Origin: Camelus dromedarius | Lineage: Eukaryota | Length of the DNA stretch: 64,000 nucleotides | Direction of reading: 5' to 3' | Assembly: GCF_036321535.1 (NCBI RefSeq) | Contig: NC_087438.1 | Span: 8,744,001-8,808,000 of the forward strand | Part shown: piece after piece, positions 52,315-64,000 of the stretch | How the letters are laid out: each line of letters begins with the position of its first letter | How positions within the stretch are numbered: position 1 is the first letter of the stretch | Notes under the pieces: model-generated | Seen by the model: the letters and a program-made list of their open reading frames with translations, nothing else | What the model was told of the DNA's origin: nothing | Database searches by the model: none | Made by a program: the position numbers and the translations under genes

Positions 52315-52852
52315 TGTTTCTCTTGGTCGTCTATTGTTGCATAACAAATCACTACAAACCCAGCAACTTAAAATACTTACATTTAGGGGTCACAGTCCCG
52401 GCATCAATTGGCTTCATCCACTGTTTTGAGTCTCCTGGGGGTGATCCAGGTGTCAGCCAGGGTTGGGAGCATCATCTGAAGACTTGGTTGTGGCAGGGTC
52501 TATTTCCAAGTTCACATGGTGTTGGCAGATTTCATTTTCTTTTGGACTGTTAGAATGAGGGTCAAAGTTCCTAGCTGGTTGTTGGCTTGAGGCTGCTCTC
52601 AGTTCCTTGCCAAATGAGCTTTTCCAACATGAAAACTTGCTCCATTTAACCAGTTAAGGGAGAGAATAGGCTAGCAATACAAAAATGGCAACCTTATGTT
52701 TCATAATCATGGAAGTGACATCTGTGCCTTTGCTATATTTTATTGGTTAGGGTGAGTCTCAGGTCCCACCCATAGCCAAGGGGAGGGGTATATCCAAGCG
52801 TGAATACCAAGAAATGGCGGACCATTGGGCTATCTTACGGTCTACCTGCCAC
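52315..52852 (-). mobile_element. MaLR solo LTR (MLT1E/F-like)
   Basis: ctattgttgcataacaaatcactacaaac...gttgttggcttgaggctgctctcagttccttgcc...ggaagtgacat...tattggttag...ctgccac. Confidence 0.8.
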
Positions 52853-55020
52853 GTTGTTGTACAAACTGTGGTTCAGTCCTTTATAGAGCTTCAGTCTATC
52901 ACACCATTCAAAATAAAAGTTTAAAGCATACAAATTGCAAAAATAATGCAGTTTTTTCATATTATTAAAATTTATACTAAAGAAATATAATAGTGCACTG
53001 AATCAAATATGCTATTATGTTTGACCTCAGAATGTATTTGAGTCATTCTGCATTTGAACACCATGAAAAAGGGACAACTGTGATTCTGGCAGTGCGATAT
53101 TAAACAACGTGAGGTGATGTAAAATTTACTCATAAAATTTTTTTGTGACAATGCCTGTAGAAGCCCTGAAAAAATTTACGTGACTTTCTAATTTATGCAC
53201 AGGTTTATAGATGTTGGGGTCAGTACTTTTGATCAAAGAAGGGAAGAGGACAGGAGCCCATCCTTCAGATTCCATTACTGTACTCAGATAAATTGGGAAT
53301 CTCACTGCCATGCAAGGTAAATTAGGACGCCACATAGCATTCCTTTGATGACATGTTCAGAAACATATAAACTTTAAAAAGAGGTACTTCTGATTCCCAA
53401 AGGGAAAGCAGCTTTATGGGGATCAAATTAAGTATCATCGTTTAAGGGACAAATCAGCTAAAGCTGAAGGAAGAGAATTAAAAACTCTACCCAGTATACA
53501 ACTTTTCTTGTTCGGCATGTTAATTTGTAATAATAAAGTAAATGTAAGGTCTAATCAAAAGCAATAACGCATCTTGATTAGATAAATTAATTCTTTCTGA
53601 AAACATGCTGTAGTCTTGTTTTAGCTGTTTAGATTAAATACTTCACAAATCATAAATTTTCATATTTACAAAATTTCCTCTTTAAATTAACAGCTCTGCC
53701 AACCAGAGGATATCTGCTTTTGGAAGTACTGCCAAAAGAAGCATTTTCACCTGTGAACTGGAATTTTTAACATTATACTTCATATATTTGCTTGATTCCT
53801 TTATATGCAGTCATCTGAATTTATATAATTTACTGTGTTCTCAAGTTTATACTCTCCAATCATTTATTCAATTTTTAGGGTCCATTTTAATGGTGAATAA
53901 GTGATTTACAGGTGAAGTTTTTCTAGCTTTGTGCCCAATTTTATTGTTATTGTATCCAATGTTGAATCCATTATGTAGAAATATTGCTAAAGATTGAAAA
54001 GCTAGCATGATACAATTTAGAACCAGTACATTAATTCTTAATTCTACTTTAAGACTTTTAACTGCATAAAAGCTTTGGACTCTTGAAAGTACTCATCTAT
54101 CAATCACAGTTTACTTTTAGCTTTGGTAAGAATTATAGCTTATCTATTTATAACTTCTTTCATGCACTATTACAGTCATATGTGATTTAAATAACATGCA
54201 TTCACACTTCTATATAAAATACAGAAAGAAAATTTCTAGCAGATGAGATAATCATAAACAGATGTTCTAATATTTTCTTTCCTCATCTTACTGAAGTGTT
54301 TTTCATACCCAGTTTTAGAAACTATATAGCAGGAGTGTAATAATAACTGTGGGTATAGATCGATGGTGTAAAATATTGGCTCAGATAAATTAAAAATAAA
54401 AGTGGACAACTAATCATTTTCATTCAAGGTAACAGAGAACAAAGTGAAATCAGTTCTTATTGCTCTAAACCTATCTTTATTCAGTTGTTTTGAAAATAAA
54501 AATTAGAAAACCACCATGGGAAAAATTTAATCTTTTATCAGCAACTTAAGAGACATTTAAGTAAGTGGTTAGAATCTATTGGCTTATATGTTTCTAATAT
54601 AATATACTCTTTAATATTCACATAAATGTATTCACTTAAGAAATAGGTGAACTCCAGTTGTAAGAAAGCCAAACACTTACTTTAGAAATTTTGCTTAATA
54701 GCTTTTAAATTTTGGAAAATAGAAATCTGAGATTAATGAAGTATAACTTTTAGTTAAATTGACAATACATTTTAAAGTGTAACATTTGTTCTTACCTGAA
54801 AGATAAAGTAGTTATTTAAAATGTTTAGCTGATTTCTATATAAATGTTTTATAAATTATAGTTTAGTTCTTCTGATATTCAAAGAAAAGGTCACCAAACA
54901 GAATAGACATATTAAATCATGTTTGTACAATTGAATACAGTTGATTGGCACAATGATGTAGTCGGCTTAACTTTCCTCATGGTTATGAACTTCAAGTTAT
55001 GTCTCATGCTGACTGTCTTT

Positions 55021-55400
55021 ATTTTATTTTAACATTTTTTATTGAGTTATAGTCATTTTACAATGTTGTGTCAAATTCCAGTGTAGAGCACAATTTTTCA
55101 GTTATACATGAATGTACATATATTCATGGTCACATTTTTTTTCTCTGTGAGCTACCACAAGATCTTGTATATATTTCCCTGTGCTATACAGTGTAATCTT
55201 GTTTATCTATTCTGCATATGCCTGTCATTATCTACAAATTTTGAAATTCCAGTCTGTCCCTTCCCACCCCCCTCCCCCTTGGCAACCGCAAGTTTATATT
55301 CTATGTCTATGAGTCTGTTTCTGTTTTGTATTTATGTTCTCTTTTCTTTTTAGATTCCACATATGAGTGATCTCATATGGCATTTTTCTTTCTCTTTTTT
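55021..55400 (-). mobile_element. 5'-truncated young camelid-type L1 3' end
   Basis: ttttattgagttatagtcattttacaatgttgtgtc...ccccttggcaacc...ttagattccacatatgagtgatctcatatgg. TSD tcatgctgactgtcttt (55004-55020) versus tcatgccggctgtcttt (55401-55417). Confidence 0.92.
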
Positions 55401-57574
55401 TCATGCCGGCTGTCTTTGAAGCTTGTGCATTCATTCTCCAAATGAATGCATTTGTATTAATCAAAAACTACCTCATTTTGAAGTTCCAACTCAAGCTATA
55501 TATTTTCCTTTAGGGTTTATCCATATTGTTTCAAACTCTTCACTCTACTTGAAACTGTCATCAGTAGTTCTGGCATTGAAATATATACTGAAATATATAC
55601 TTGCTCTGAATTATGTTTTCATGGGTACATGCAGTAAGCTACTAGAATATAATATGGTATTTGCTTGATTGATTCAGGTCCTGTAAGATCTTGTAATATA
55701 AATACCACTATATGCAACAGTTATTATGACAGCCCTGCTACGGAGAATGCTAATTTTGGCACGTGCTGTACAGAAGCAGAGAGTTATTCAAAGTTGTAAA
55801 CATGGCCACCATGGAACTGACCTGCTTTCCCTGCTGGCTCAAGTAAGATCGATCTCAGTCAGAAACTCTCACTGTTAAGTAAGACTAGGTTTTCCTAATG
55901 AAATATAAAATGATACATTAACATTATTAATTATCTATTTCAGGATTAAGTTAGTTTGATAAACCCTTTTTAGAGTGAGTTTTGAAAACATGGCAACTTG
56001 AGAGGGTGAGTGGCACTGGTGTGTTTGATACGGTCCTAGATACCGCAAAAGTCTAAGAACAGACCTGAAAAGGAGGAGGTAAGCATACGAATTACACACA
56101 TATTTAATGTAGACTCATAAATATGTAAATAGCCAATACTCTTTTATGCAAAATATTGTGCGACCTGGTAGCATAGTGTACTATATGAATACGTTTTTAC
56201 TCTCCATGAAATTTATATTCTTCCCTTCTGAATAGAGTTTAGGATCAAGATTTACTTAATTCTAAACAAACTCGGGAATTGATAAATGGGTACAAATTCA
56301 TCTATAATGCCAACAATTTTTGGATATATAAGGAAACTAGTCTATATGTTAATAATTGTAAAATGAAATTTAGGTGTATAACACTAGATGACAGTCCACA
56401 AAATTGATTTTCTTATTTAGTGAATTTTAAATAGCATTTTAAGCTTGGGTATCTTTGTTTTTCTGGGGAAGAAAATAATTTGATTCAGTATAATAAAGCC
56501 CAGGCTTAAATGGCAATCCAAGTTACCAGTTGATAGTTGATTGGAACCAAGATTGAGTCAGAGGTAGGAGAGTTAGGGGTACTTGAGTGTTGTTTCATAT
56601 CAGAGGATATAAATTTATTCTTCAAATTTGGAAAATAAGACCTCTTATGTATATGGGGAAAGTTCACAAACTTGCATTTCATAGGTTCTTTGCCTTGTTG
56701 CAAAAACACTAGTTTAAATGTTACCTGAAAATATAAAAAACTTTAAAAGTAAATTTTCACTAGCAAATTTTTCATCTGCTTGCTATATGATAATTTACTT
56801 TCTACATAGCATGGCATACATTTTCATTATTTTTATGAAATCAAAATTCATTGTTATTTGGACTTTCAGTTGTGGTCTAAACTGGAATGAAAAATTGCAC
56901 AAAGATCCTTACATTCTTAGAAAATAAATTGTATATCGAAGCGAAAGAGTCTTTAAATTGTGAATGTACCCAGCAATCAAGGCATAATTTGGGCAGAATT
57001 TATGCCTTTAGTGTTATACACATATTTAACCTTGCACGCTAGATGTTTGGCTGAAATCTGTCTGATACGTGCAAGGTAAATCCTTTGGTAGTGTCATGAA
57101 TGAGAGACCTATTCTATGTGGCAGGAATAGTTCCTCTGTCTTTCTAGTACACAATAATTCAGCGTCTTGACCTGTATTTAATAATCAAGATACTATTGAA
57201 ATAAAAAGCTTTCCTTTATAATTCAACTTATGTGCTTAATATTTGAGTCTTACTTACTACCTCATGTACAGTATAAATGCTATTTCAAGGATGATATACA
57301 TATATTTAAAATTTCAGATACACCTAGTTTAGTGTGATTCAGCGAAATATTCATATAGGACTAGCAACACAGTTATAGAAAAATGCAGATAAAGCACTGC
57401 CACTTAACACAGCACTAACTACACTGGTTAAACTTTGAAACATTAATCAAAGCACATTAAGAGCTGAATCTGGAGTGTGTGGAAGAACAAAAGCCATCTC
57501 TGCAAATTGATTGAAAGAAGAATCTAGCACTAGAGACCTGTAATCACAGCGGCTCACGCTGCAGGATGCTGATC

Positions 57575-57588
57575 GTTGCCATAGCAAC
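57575..57588. promoter_or_regulatory. RFX X-box
   Basis: GTTGCCATAGCAAC, one mismatch from the palindromic consensus GTTGCCATGGCAAC, in unique CpG-containing DNA. Confidence 0.65.
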
Positions 57589-57839
57589 AGACTGTGTTTT
57601 GTTACATCATGGAAATAAGGAGTGTGAGACTTGTGCGTGCAACATGCCACCCAGGGGACAAATACAAAGCCATTACAGGAAAGGGTAATATAAGATGTAG
57701 TCACAGTAAAGATGAGCATTTTGAAAAGGGCAATGACGAAAGCACAGGAAGACAGATGTTCAGCTCACGAAAATTCTGTTTTTATATTGGGGCTTTCATT
57801 TGTAACCATTCTTAATCGCTGTTATCACTGGCTAATTTT

Positions 57840-57943
57840 CTTTCTCCCCCTCCTTCCCCCTCCCTCCTTTTCCCTTCCTCCCTCCCTCCCTCCCTCCCTC
57901 TCTCCCTCTCCCTTCCTTTCTTCCTTCCTTCTTTCTTTCTTTC
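57840..57943. repeat. Polypyrimidine (CCT/CCCT/CTTT)n tract
   Basis: About 100 nt consisting only of C and T. Confidence 0.9.
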
Positions 57944-58189
57944 AACACAGTCGAGTGCAACTTCAAAAAGAAAGTTAAAATTGTTACCTATTTCATTTCC
58001 TGAGATTCTGTGCTTAATTTTACCATCAACTCAAAGAAACATAAAATATTTAATTGTGTTTGTTGTGAAGATTGCACTCATCCAAATATTAGACTGCATC
58101 TATAATGTGGGGAAAATATACCACATATTAAATTGCATATTCCAATCATATGTACAGGTATTCCAATACTAATGAAGCATATTAGACTC

Positions 58190-58965
58190 AAAATGTTTAT
58201 GAAAAGATGTTCCATATTGCTTCCTATTCATTAAGAAAATGGAGACACACCCACAAGAATGGCTAAAATTAAAAAGCCTGGCATTCCAAGTGCTGATAAA
58301 GATAGGGAAAACGAACTCTCATACATTACGGATGGGAATTCCAAATGGTTCATTCCGTTTGGAAAGCCATTTGAAAGTTTCTTATAAAGTTAAACACATA
58401 ACTGCCTTACACCCTATCAATTGCACTCTGAGATATTTATTCAAGTGAGATGAAAACAAAGACAGGTATGTGGATATTCATAGCAGTTTTATTTATAGTG
58501 TCCAAAACTGCAGAGTACCAAATGTCTATTAACTAGTGACTGGATAAACAAATCCTGGGATATGCATGCCTTGGAATTCAACTCAGAAATGGGAAGAATG
58601 AGCTACAGAAACACAGAAAAGCATGAATGAATCTCAAAAGTGTTTTGCTAAATGAAAGAGGCCAGACACAAAAGACAATATACTGTATGATACAATTTTT
58701 ATCCAATTCCATAAAAATCAGTATTTGAATGACAGTAAACAAATCAGTGGTTGCCAAGGATTGGGGGTGGCACCATTTTCATCTCAAAGTGGCATGAGGA
58801 AACTGTTTGAGGAAAACTTCTGGAGAGATATAAATATTCCGCATTTTCATTGTTGTAGTGAATCCACAACAGTATACATTTGCCAAAACTCAGCAAACAG
58901 CACACTTTAAAGGGGTGTGACTTATTGTATATGAAGTATACTTCAATAAACCTGATTGTAAAAAA
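58190..58965 (+). mobile_element. L1MC/ME-like ORF2 end and 3' UTR
   Basis: gaatggctaaaattaaaaag...atattcatagcagttttattt...atgaatgaatctcaaa...cagtggttgccaagg...tatacttcaataaa. Confidence 0.85.
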
Positions 58966-59573
58966 TCTTTGCCATTTTGTGATATAGATTCTGAAATCAT
59001 ATACTATTTAATTGTAACATCAAGCACATAAAATTTAAAGCACCACATTGTGGAAGTCATTGAGAGAAGCTGAATTTGTACTAAATGATTATAAATGAGA
59101 TGATCTAAAATTTATTTCAAAAAAGCTATTTAATATATGTATAGCTGTAACATTCATTACATCATTTTAATGATATTTATCTGAAAACAAACATTCTTCA
59201 TGAATTAGTAAGTAAAATGAAAATAGGTACCAGTATGTTACATAAGTAATATTTTGATTCTGCCACTCACCCCAGAAATGCATATTAATCATTGAAACTT
59301 ATGAAAATTTATTTGCTGCCTTCTATTTTACTTCCAATGGATAAAGTAATACAGGAAAAACATTTTAGTACCAAACAAGTAGTCAAGTTTTCCTACAACT
59401 GTCCTAAGGTGGTAACTCTCATAATTTAGCAAACCTAGTAAAAACAGAATGGCATTTATTGTCAGAAAAATCTCGTTTTGTATCCTGATTCTATTTACAT
59501 ATGATCTAAGAAAAATTGCCTTAAATTATGAAACCTGAGTTTACAACAGTAAAATCTCAGTATTATTTATGAA

Positions 59574-60042
59574 TGCATTAGTTATTGCTGCTGTAAGAAA
59601 TCACCACAAATATGGTGGCTTAGAACAACACAAATTTATTATCTTAGAGTTCTGGAGGTCAGAAATTGAAAGTCAGTCTCACTGTGCTATCGGCAATGGT
59701 GTCAGTGGGGAGAATTTCTTCTGGAGTCCCTGGGCAAGAATCCATTTACTCCTGCCTTTTCCAGCTTCAGGAATCCACCTGCCTTCCTTCTAGCCCCTTC
59801 CTCCATCTTCAAAGGCAACAGCAGACCACCTTCGGACCTCTAACTCTAATTTCCTGCCTCCCTCTTACAAATACCCTTGTGGTTACAAAAAGCCCAAAGT
59901 AGCCACATTCAAGATAATTTCGCCACCCCCAATTCTTAACCAGATCTGCAAATTTCCTTTTGTCATAGAAGGCAACATATTCAGAGGTTCTGGGAAATAG
60001 GACAGGAACATTTTTGGAGTGCCTGCCATTCAGCCTGCCACA
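59574..60042 (-). mobile_element. MaLR solo LTR (MLT1D-like)
   Basis: tgcattagttattgctgctgtaagaaatcaccacaaa...cagatctgcaaatttccttttgtcata...attcagcctgccaca. Confidence 0.85.
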
Positions 60043-61001
60043 ACTGGCAATGCTGAATTGTGTATCTGTTGGGCTTTCAATGGTGACTAAGAAGGCCAAG
60101 GCCCCGACCTCCAGAGTTTACAGTCTAGTAGGAATTTTAGCAAATCCTAGCAAGGTGATGTAGGACAAAAAATAACTTATAGGAAGGAACTGATACAAAA
60201 TCCTTAAATATTTACTAATATTTTAACAAGGAAAATCTAATAAATATAATTCTTTGGAGCATCCACATAAAAAGTAGTAATAATTAAGAAATTATTTGAG
60301 AAAATGTAATTCAGAAAATGATTCTGTAAAAATCATGTGAAAAGATACGATCAGCAGCAAAGAGAGAATGCCATTCCAGGAATGAGTTTTGTAATTTTTT
60401 CTAATTAAGATTGAAACAGAGAGGGTGTTTAGGCACACTAAAATTAAGTAATTGTATTTGATAGATTTTTTTGAGCATTTTTGCTGGCAATATTTATTCT
60501 TTATTCAAAAACTGATATTTATTATGAAAGTTAAGAGTCACAATTTATGGATGAGCCATTGGGGTTGGGAGAATGTACACAAAGTGGCCAGTCAGTGTAT
60601 AGAACTTTTAGCATAAATTTGACTAGAGTCAAGCTCTTCTAGTCCAGAGCTCTTTGAAGAGCGAAAGCAGTTTGAGGTGTTCTGGGAGAAGAACATGGAG
60701 GGAAATGTGAAGCCTAATAGAGTACCAATTAGCTGTGGAGTACATGTAATCCAGGTTGTCATGGTGATGGAGATGGTAAGAGAGTTTCAAGCACAGTCCC
60801 CAAGGAGTGCCACTGCTGCATCCCATCCACATTTCAGTTAAGCCATGAGCTGAAGAGCTTTGTTTCCAGTATTTTACAAGTTGGTTTTCTTTGCCACAGA
60901 CATGCTTTTGACAGGAACCTGAGTTTTCAGTTACCTTATTAAAATATATAGGATAGGAATAATTGCATCTATATATGTTTTATTATATGTTTTGATTTCT
61001 T

Positions 61002-61078
61002 TTTTAGTTTTATTTTTGATTTATGTGCAGTTGATTTACAATGTTAGTTTCAGGTGTACAGCAAAATGATTCAGTTTC
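61002..61078 (-). mobile_element. 77-bp L1 3' end with perfect 16-bp TSD
   Basis: gttgatttacaatgttagtttcaggtgtacagcaaaatgattcag. TSD tatgttttgatttctt at 60986-61001 and 61079-61094. Confidence 0.9.
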
Positions 61079-61339
61079 TATGTTTTGATTTCTTAAAAGC
61101 AAACTCAAAAATAAATTCACTGCAGTTAAGCATCATTACTTTAATGTTTCCAAATTATTTCTCTTAATACTTTTTTATTTCCAACCAATCAAGAATTTTA
61201 CAGCTATTACTTTGGAAAATCTGATGACATGAATTTTTATCCTAGTTTCCAGGTGGTTTTAATACATTAAGCAGTATGGTAACACTGTTTTAAGATGCCT
61301 TATAGCCATGGTAAAAATTCAAGTATAGGTTTTTCTACA

Positions 61340-62040
61340 ACTTAATTTGAAAATTTCAAATATAGAGAAAAATTTGAATGAGTTGTTTAATGAGCATCCA
61401 TGAACACTTTTTTTTACCAAAATTATTTATGTTTTGCCATACTTTTAATTTTTTTAGATAAATATATAAATCATAATTTTCTCTGGCAAACCATTTGAGA
61501 ATAAGTTGTAGACATAATGACACTCCACCCCTTGCTACTGTAACATGAGTTTTCCAAGGACAAGGATATTCTCTGCTATAACCACAGTACAATGATCACA
61601 TTCAAAGAAGTTAGTGTTGAAAACCAATTCATGTTTGCTCAATGCCCTAACAGATCTCACAGCATTTTTAAAACAGCATTCAATTAAAGATAATACTCTG
61701 TATTTAGTTTTCATATTTCTTTAACTTCCTTTAATCTAGAGTAGTTTTCCAGGCTTTTATTTCCTTCATAGTATTGATAATTTGGAAGGACCTAGGCTTG
61801 GTGTTGGGTAACTGGATTTGTCTGTTTCCTCATGATTAGATTTACCTGATGTGAGTTCATGCCATTGTTGGTGAGGTTGAGTTGGATCACTTGGCTTTCT
61901 TCTTTGTTAAAGTATCATTTCCCCTTTGCAATGAATAATCTACAGGATGATACTTTGATACTGTCTTATTATCCTGCTTCTCAACAACATTTTACTGGAT
62001 AATTTAGCATCCATTCCTGATCCTTGCCTCAATGAATTAT
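61340..62040 (-). mobile_element. Old L1M 3' UTR fragment
   Basis: tttgaaaatttcaaatatagagaaaa...aaccatttgagaataagttgtagacat...ggatattctctgctataaccacagtac...tttagcatccatt. Confidence 0.75.
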
Positions 62041-62425
62041 TGTTACCGAGTCCAGATCTTCTAAAGACTTACTTCAAAAGTCTTGAAATCAAGATATGAA
62101 ATCATACGTGTTGAAACTTTTGAAAATTGCAAAGCATTATAGAATTCAAAGAATCTTTCATTCAATGAAAAAAGAGACTAAAAAAATAAAATTTGAAAAA
62201 AAGTCTTGAGTGTGAGCTACCATGGGAAGGAGCATTAATTTGATGAGGCGGTGCTTGGCAGTTGGGGCAATCCCTGGTGGGATTATAGTCAAGTATAATT
62301 TTGTTAAGGTGGTTTTGTTCCCTAAGGAGGAGGGGACTATTTCTGTGTGTCTATGGCTCGTTGTTCTTTATTGTTTCTATAAGGCTCTCACTTACTCTGC
62401 CTGCATCCTTCTTTCCCTTCTGTAC
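62041..62425 (-). mobile_element. Possible ERV LTR remnant
   Basis: Starts tgttaccgagtcca, an LTR-like terminus. The right boundary is uncertain. Confidence 0.35.
62087..62198 (+). mobile_element. Short non-LTR retroelement 3' end (cetartiodactyl type)
   Basis: gaaacttttgaaaattgcaaagcattatagaattcaaagaatctttcattcaat, then an A-rich tail. TSD aaaagtcttga at 62076-62086 and 62199-62209. Confidence 0.75.
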
Positions 62426-64000
62426 CAAGTCTCCAGAGAGCATCTTTCATTCCAGGTTTCTCCCACTCACCCCCAGAAGTATTGCTTCCTCCTATGAACC
62501 TGCATGATTTCAGGTCACTTTCTTTCAATTCTCTAGAAGCTAGTTGTTTTGGCTTGAATTCCCTAGGAAAAAAAAACATTCAAAATGCTCCAAAGGAAAC
62601 TGGTAAGGATGTTTAGAAAGCGAAAAAGGAAAGCGAAGGAAACCAGGTGAGCTTGTGATACCCGGCAGGGTTGTCTGATATCCTCAGAGTTGTCTCAATC
62701 ATCAGCAGTGACACCGGCTTTCACAGCCCACACTCTGTGATCATTGGGTGAGTGCCACCTTTAGTTCTCTGTGTCTGCAAGAAAAAGGGCTCCACAAACC
62801 TAGCAGGGGTCCTCTGAAAAGGCAAGACTGATGTTGGCTGTTAGATGGAGTGGAATAAAGATGGGAGCATATGAAAATGCCATGAAATGGAAACTCAGAG
62901 GATCTGGTCAAAGGTTGCCATTATCCACTGACATTCACTACGATCTACCAGATCCCAGACTGTCTTCAGGTTTTCTAGACCCACAATGAGGCTTCCTTAT
63001 TTCTTGCGGCGACCTTATCTGTATTTTGCCGCCTCTAGATCCCTCTCCTTTGTTGTGTTTTCCACAAAGGACCTCTTGGACTTTCTTGCTTCTGAATGGG
63101 TTCTAAGTCTGGCTTTGCTGGATTTGAGTGTTTATGTCCTATTTACATATTATTTGAATATGGAATATTCTCTGTCTCCTAGTTATGCTACTGGCCTTGA
63201 TCAAAGATTTTTTGTTTGTTTTGATTTATTTTACTGGGTGAAAGCATCTTTTGTTTTATTTATTATTATTATTTTTTGCTCTGTATAGATCTTTGGAGTT
63301 TGAGAGGAGAGAATTGGATTTAGGCTGTTTGATTTGGGGGTGGAGTATGTTCTTAACACCTTGTATATAATCTTTATGATGATTTCTTAAATATATTTAG
63401 AGCTTTATATAATATAAAAGCATTTTCAATTCATTATTTTCTTCAATATCCTTTAGAAAACTTTGGTATTTTTAATCATATTACATTTTAAAAAATGAGG
63501 AACTTGTGGACCAATAAACTTGAATGGGTTGCCCTAGGAGGCGTAAAATTCAATAATTCAAGGCTTATTGTCTCAGGGATTATAACGAGATATACCGCTG
63601 AGTTACATGCATAGCCAAACTCATATGCCGTGCATCTAGAAGCTAAGCATCCTGATTAGTGGATCCAATATAAGCAAATCTATGTGAAAAACTTTAGTTA
63701 GTTTGAAGCCGTCAATCAATCAATTCATCAATTCAAGAATTTATTGAGCGTCTATTATGGGTTTAATCACATTTCTTGAAATTTCTGAATTTTTATATGG
63801 TTTTCTTGTAACCCCATGTACTTTTTTAGTCTTATTAGAAAATCTTCTATTTATTTTGCCTTAATTTTGCAACATGATTGGAATTCTTGTTGTACTGTTT
63901 CTTCCTACAAAATCTCTTAGCTTCACCCTTGTAAGAATATATTAGTTTCATAAAGCAATTATAAGACTATTTTGCCTAAATGAAATATCTTTTCATTATA

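Noticed and set aside
1..64000. CRISPR array, operon or other prokaryotic/phage system
   Set aside because: The sequence is mammalian, with no regularly spaced repeat-spacer array and no dense long ORFs.

Overview
AT-rich, repeat-dense mammalian genomic DNA, most likely camelid (alpaca/camel/llama): it carries two tRNA-Ala-derived SINEs of the Vic-1 type and several young cetartiodactyl-type L1 3' ends. There are no prokaryotic features, and none of the supplied ORFs looks like a standalone gene. Much of the window is transposon-derived (L1 of several ages, L2, MIR, MaLR/MLT1 and ERV solo LTRs, hAT MER elements). The most clearly identifiable non-transposon feature is a 3'-truncated, poly(A)-less 7SK snRNA retrocopy (minus strand, 49191-49434) with a perfect target-site duplication (TSD). 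Unique DNA contains candidate spliced exons that I could not assign to a named gene (+ strand 1754-1805, 2642 onward, 30175 onward; - strand 40022-39930, 24472-24263, 20779-20579). It also holds several promoter/enhancer-like motif clusters, notably a near-palindromic RFX X-box at 57575. Repeat family names and many boundaries are by-eye recognition and approximate. I see no strongly supported novel system; the best leads are the unassigned exon chains, the RFX and TATA/Kozak candidate first exons, and the retrotransposition footprints.
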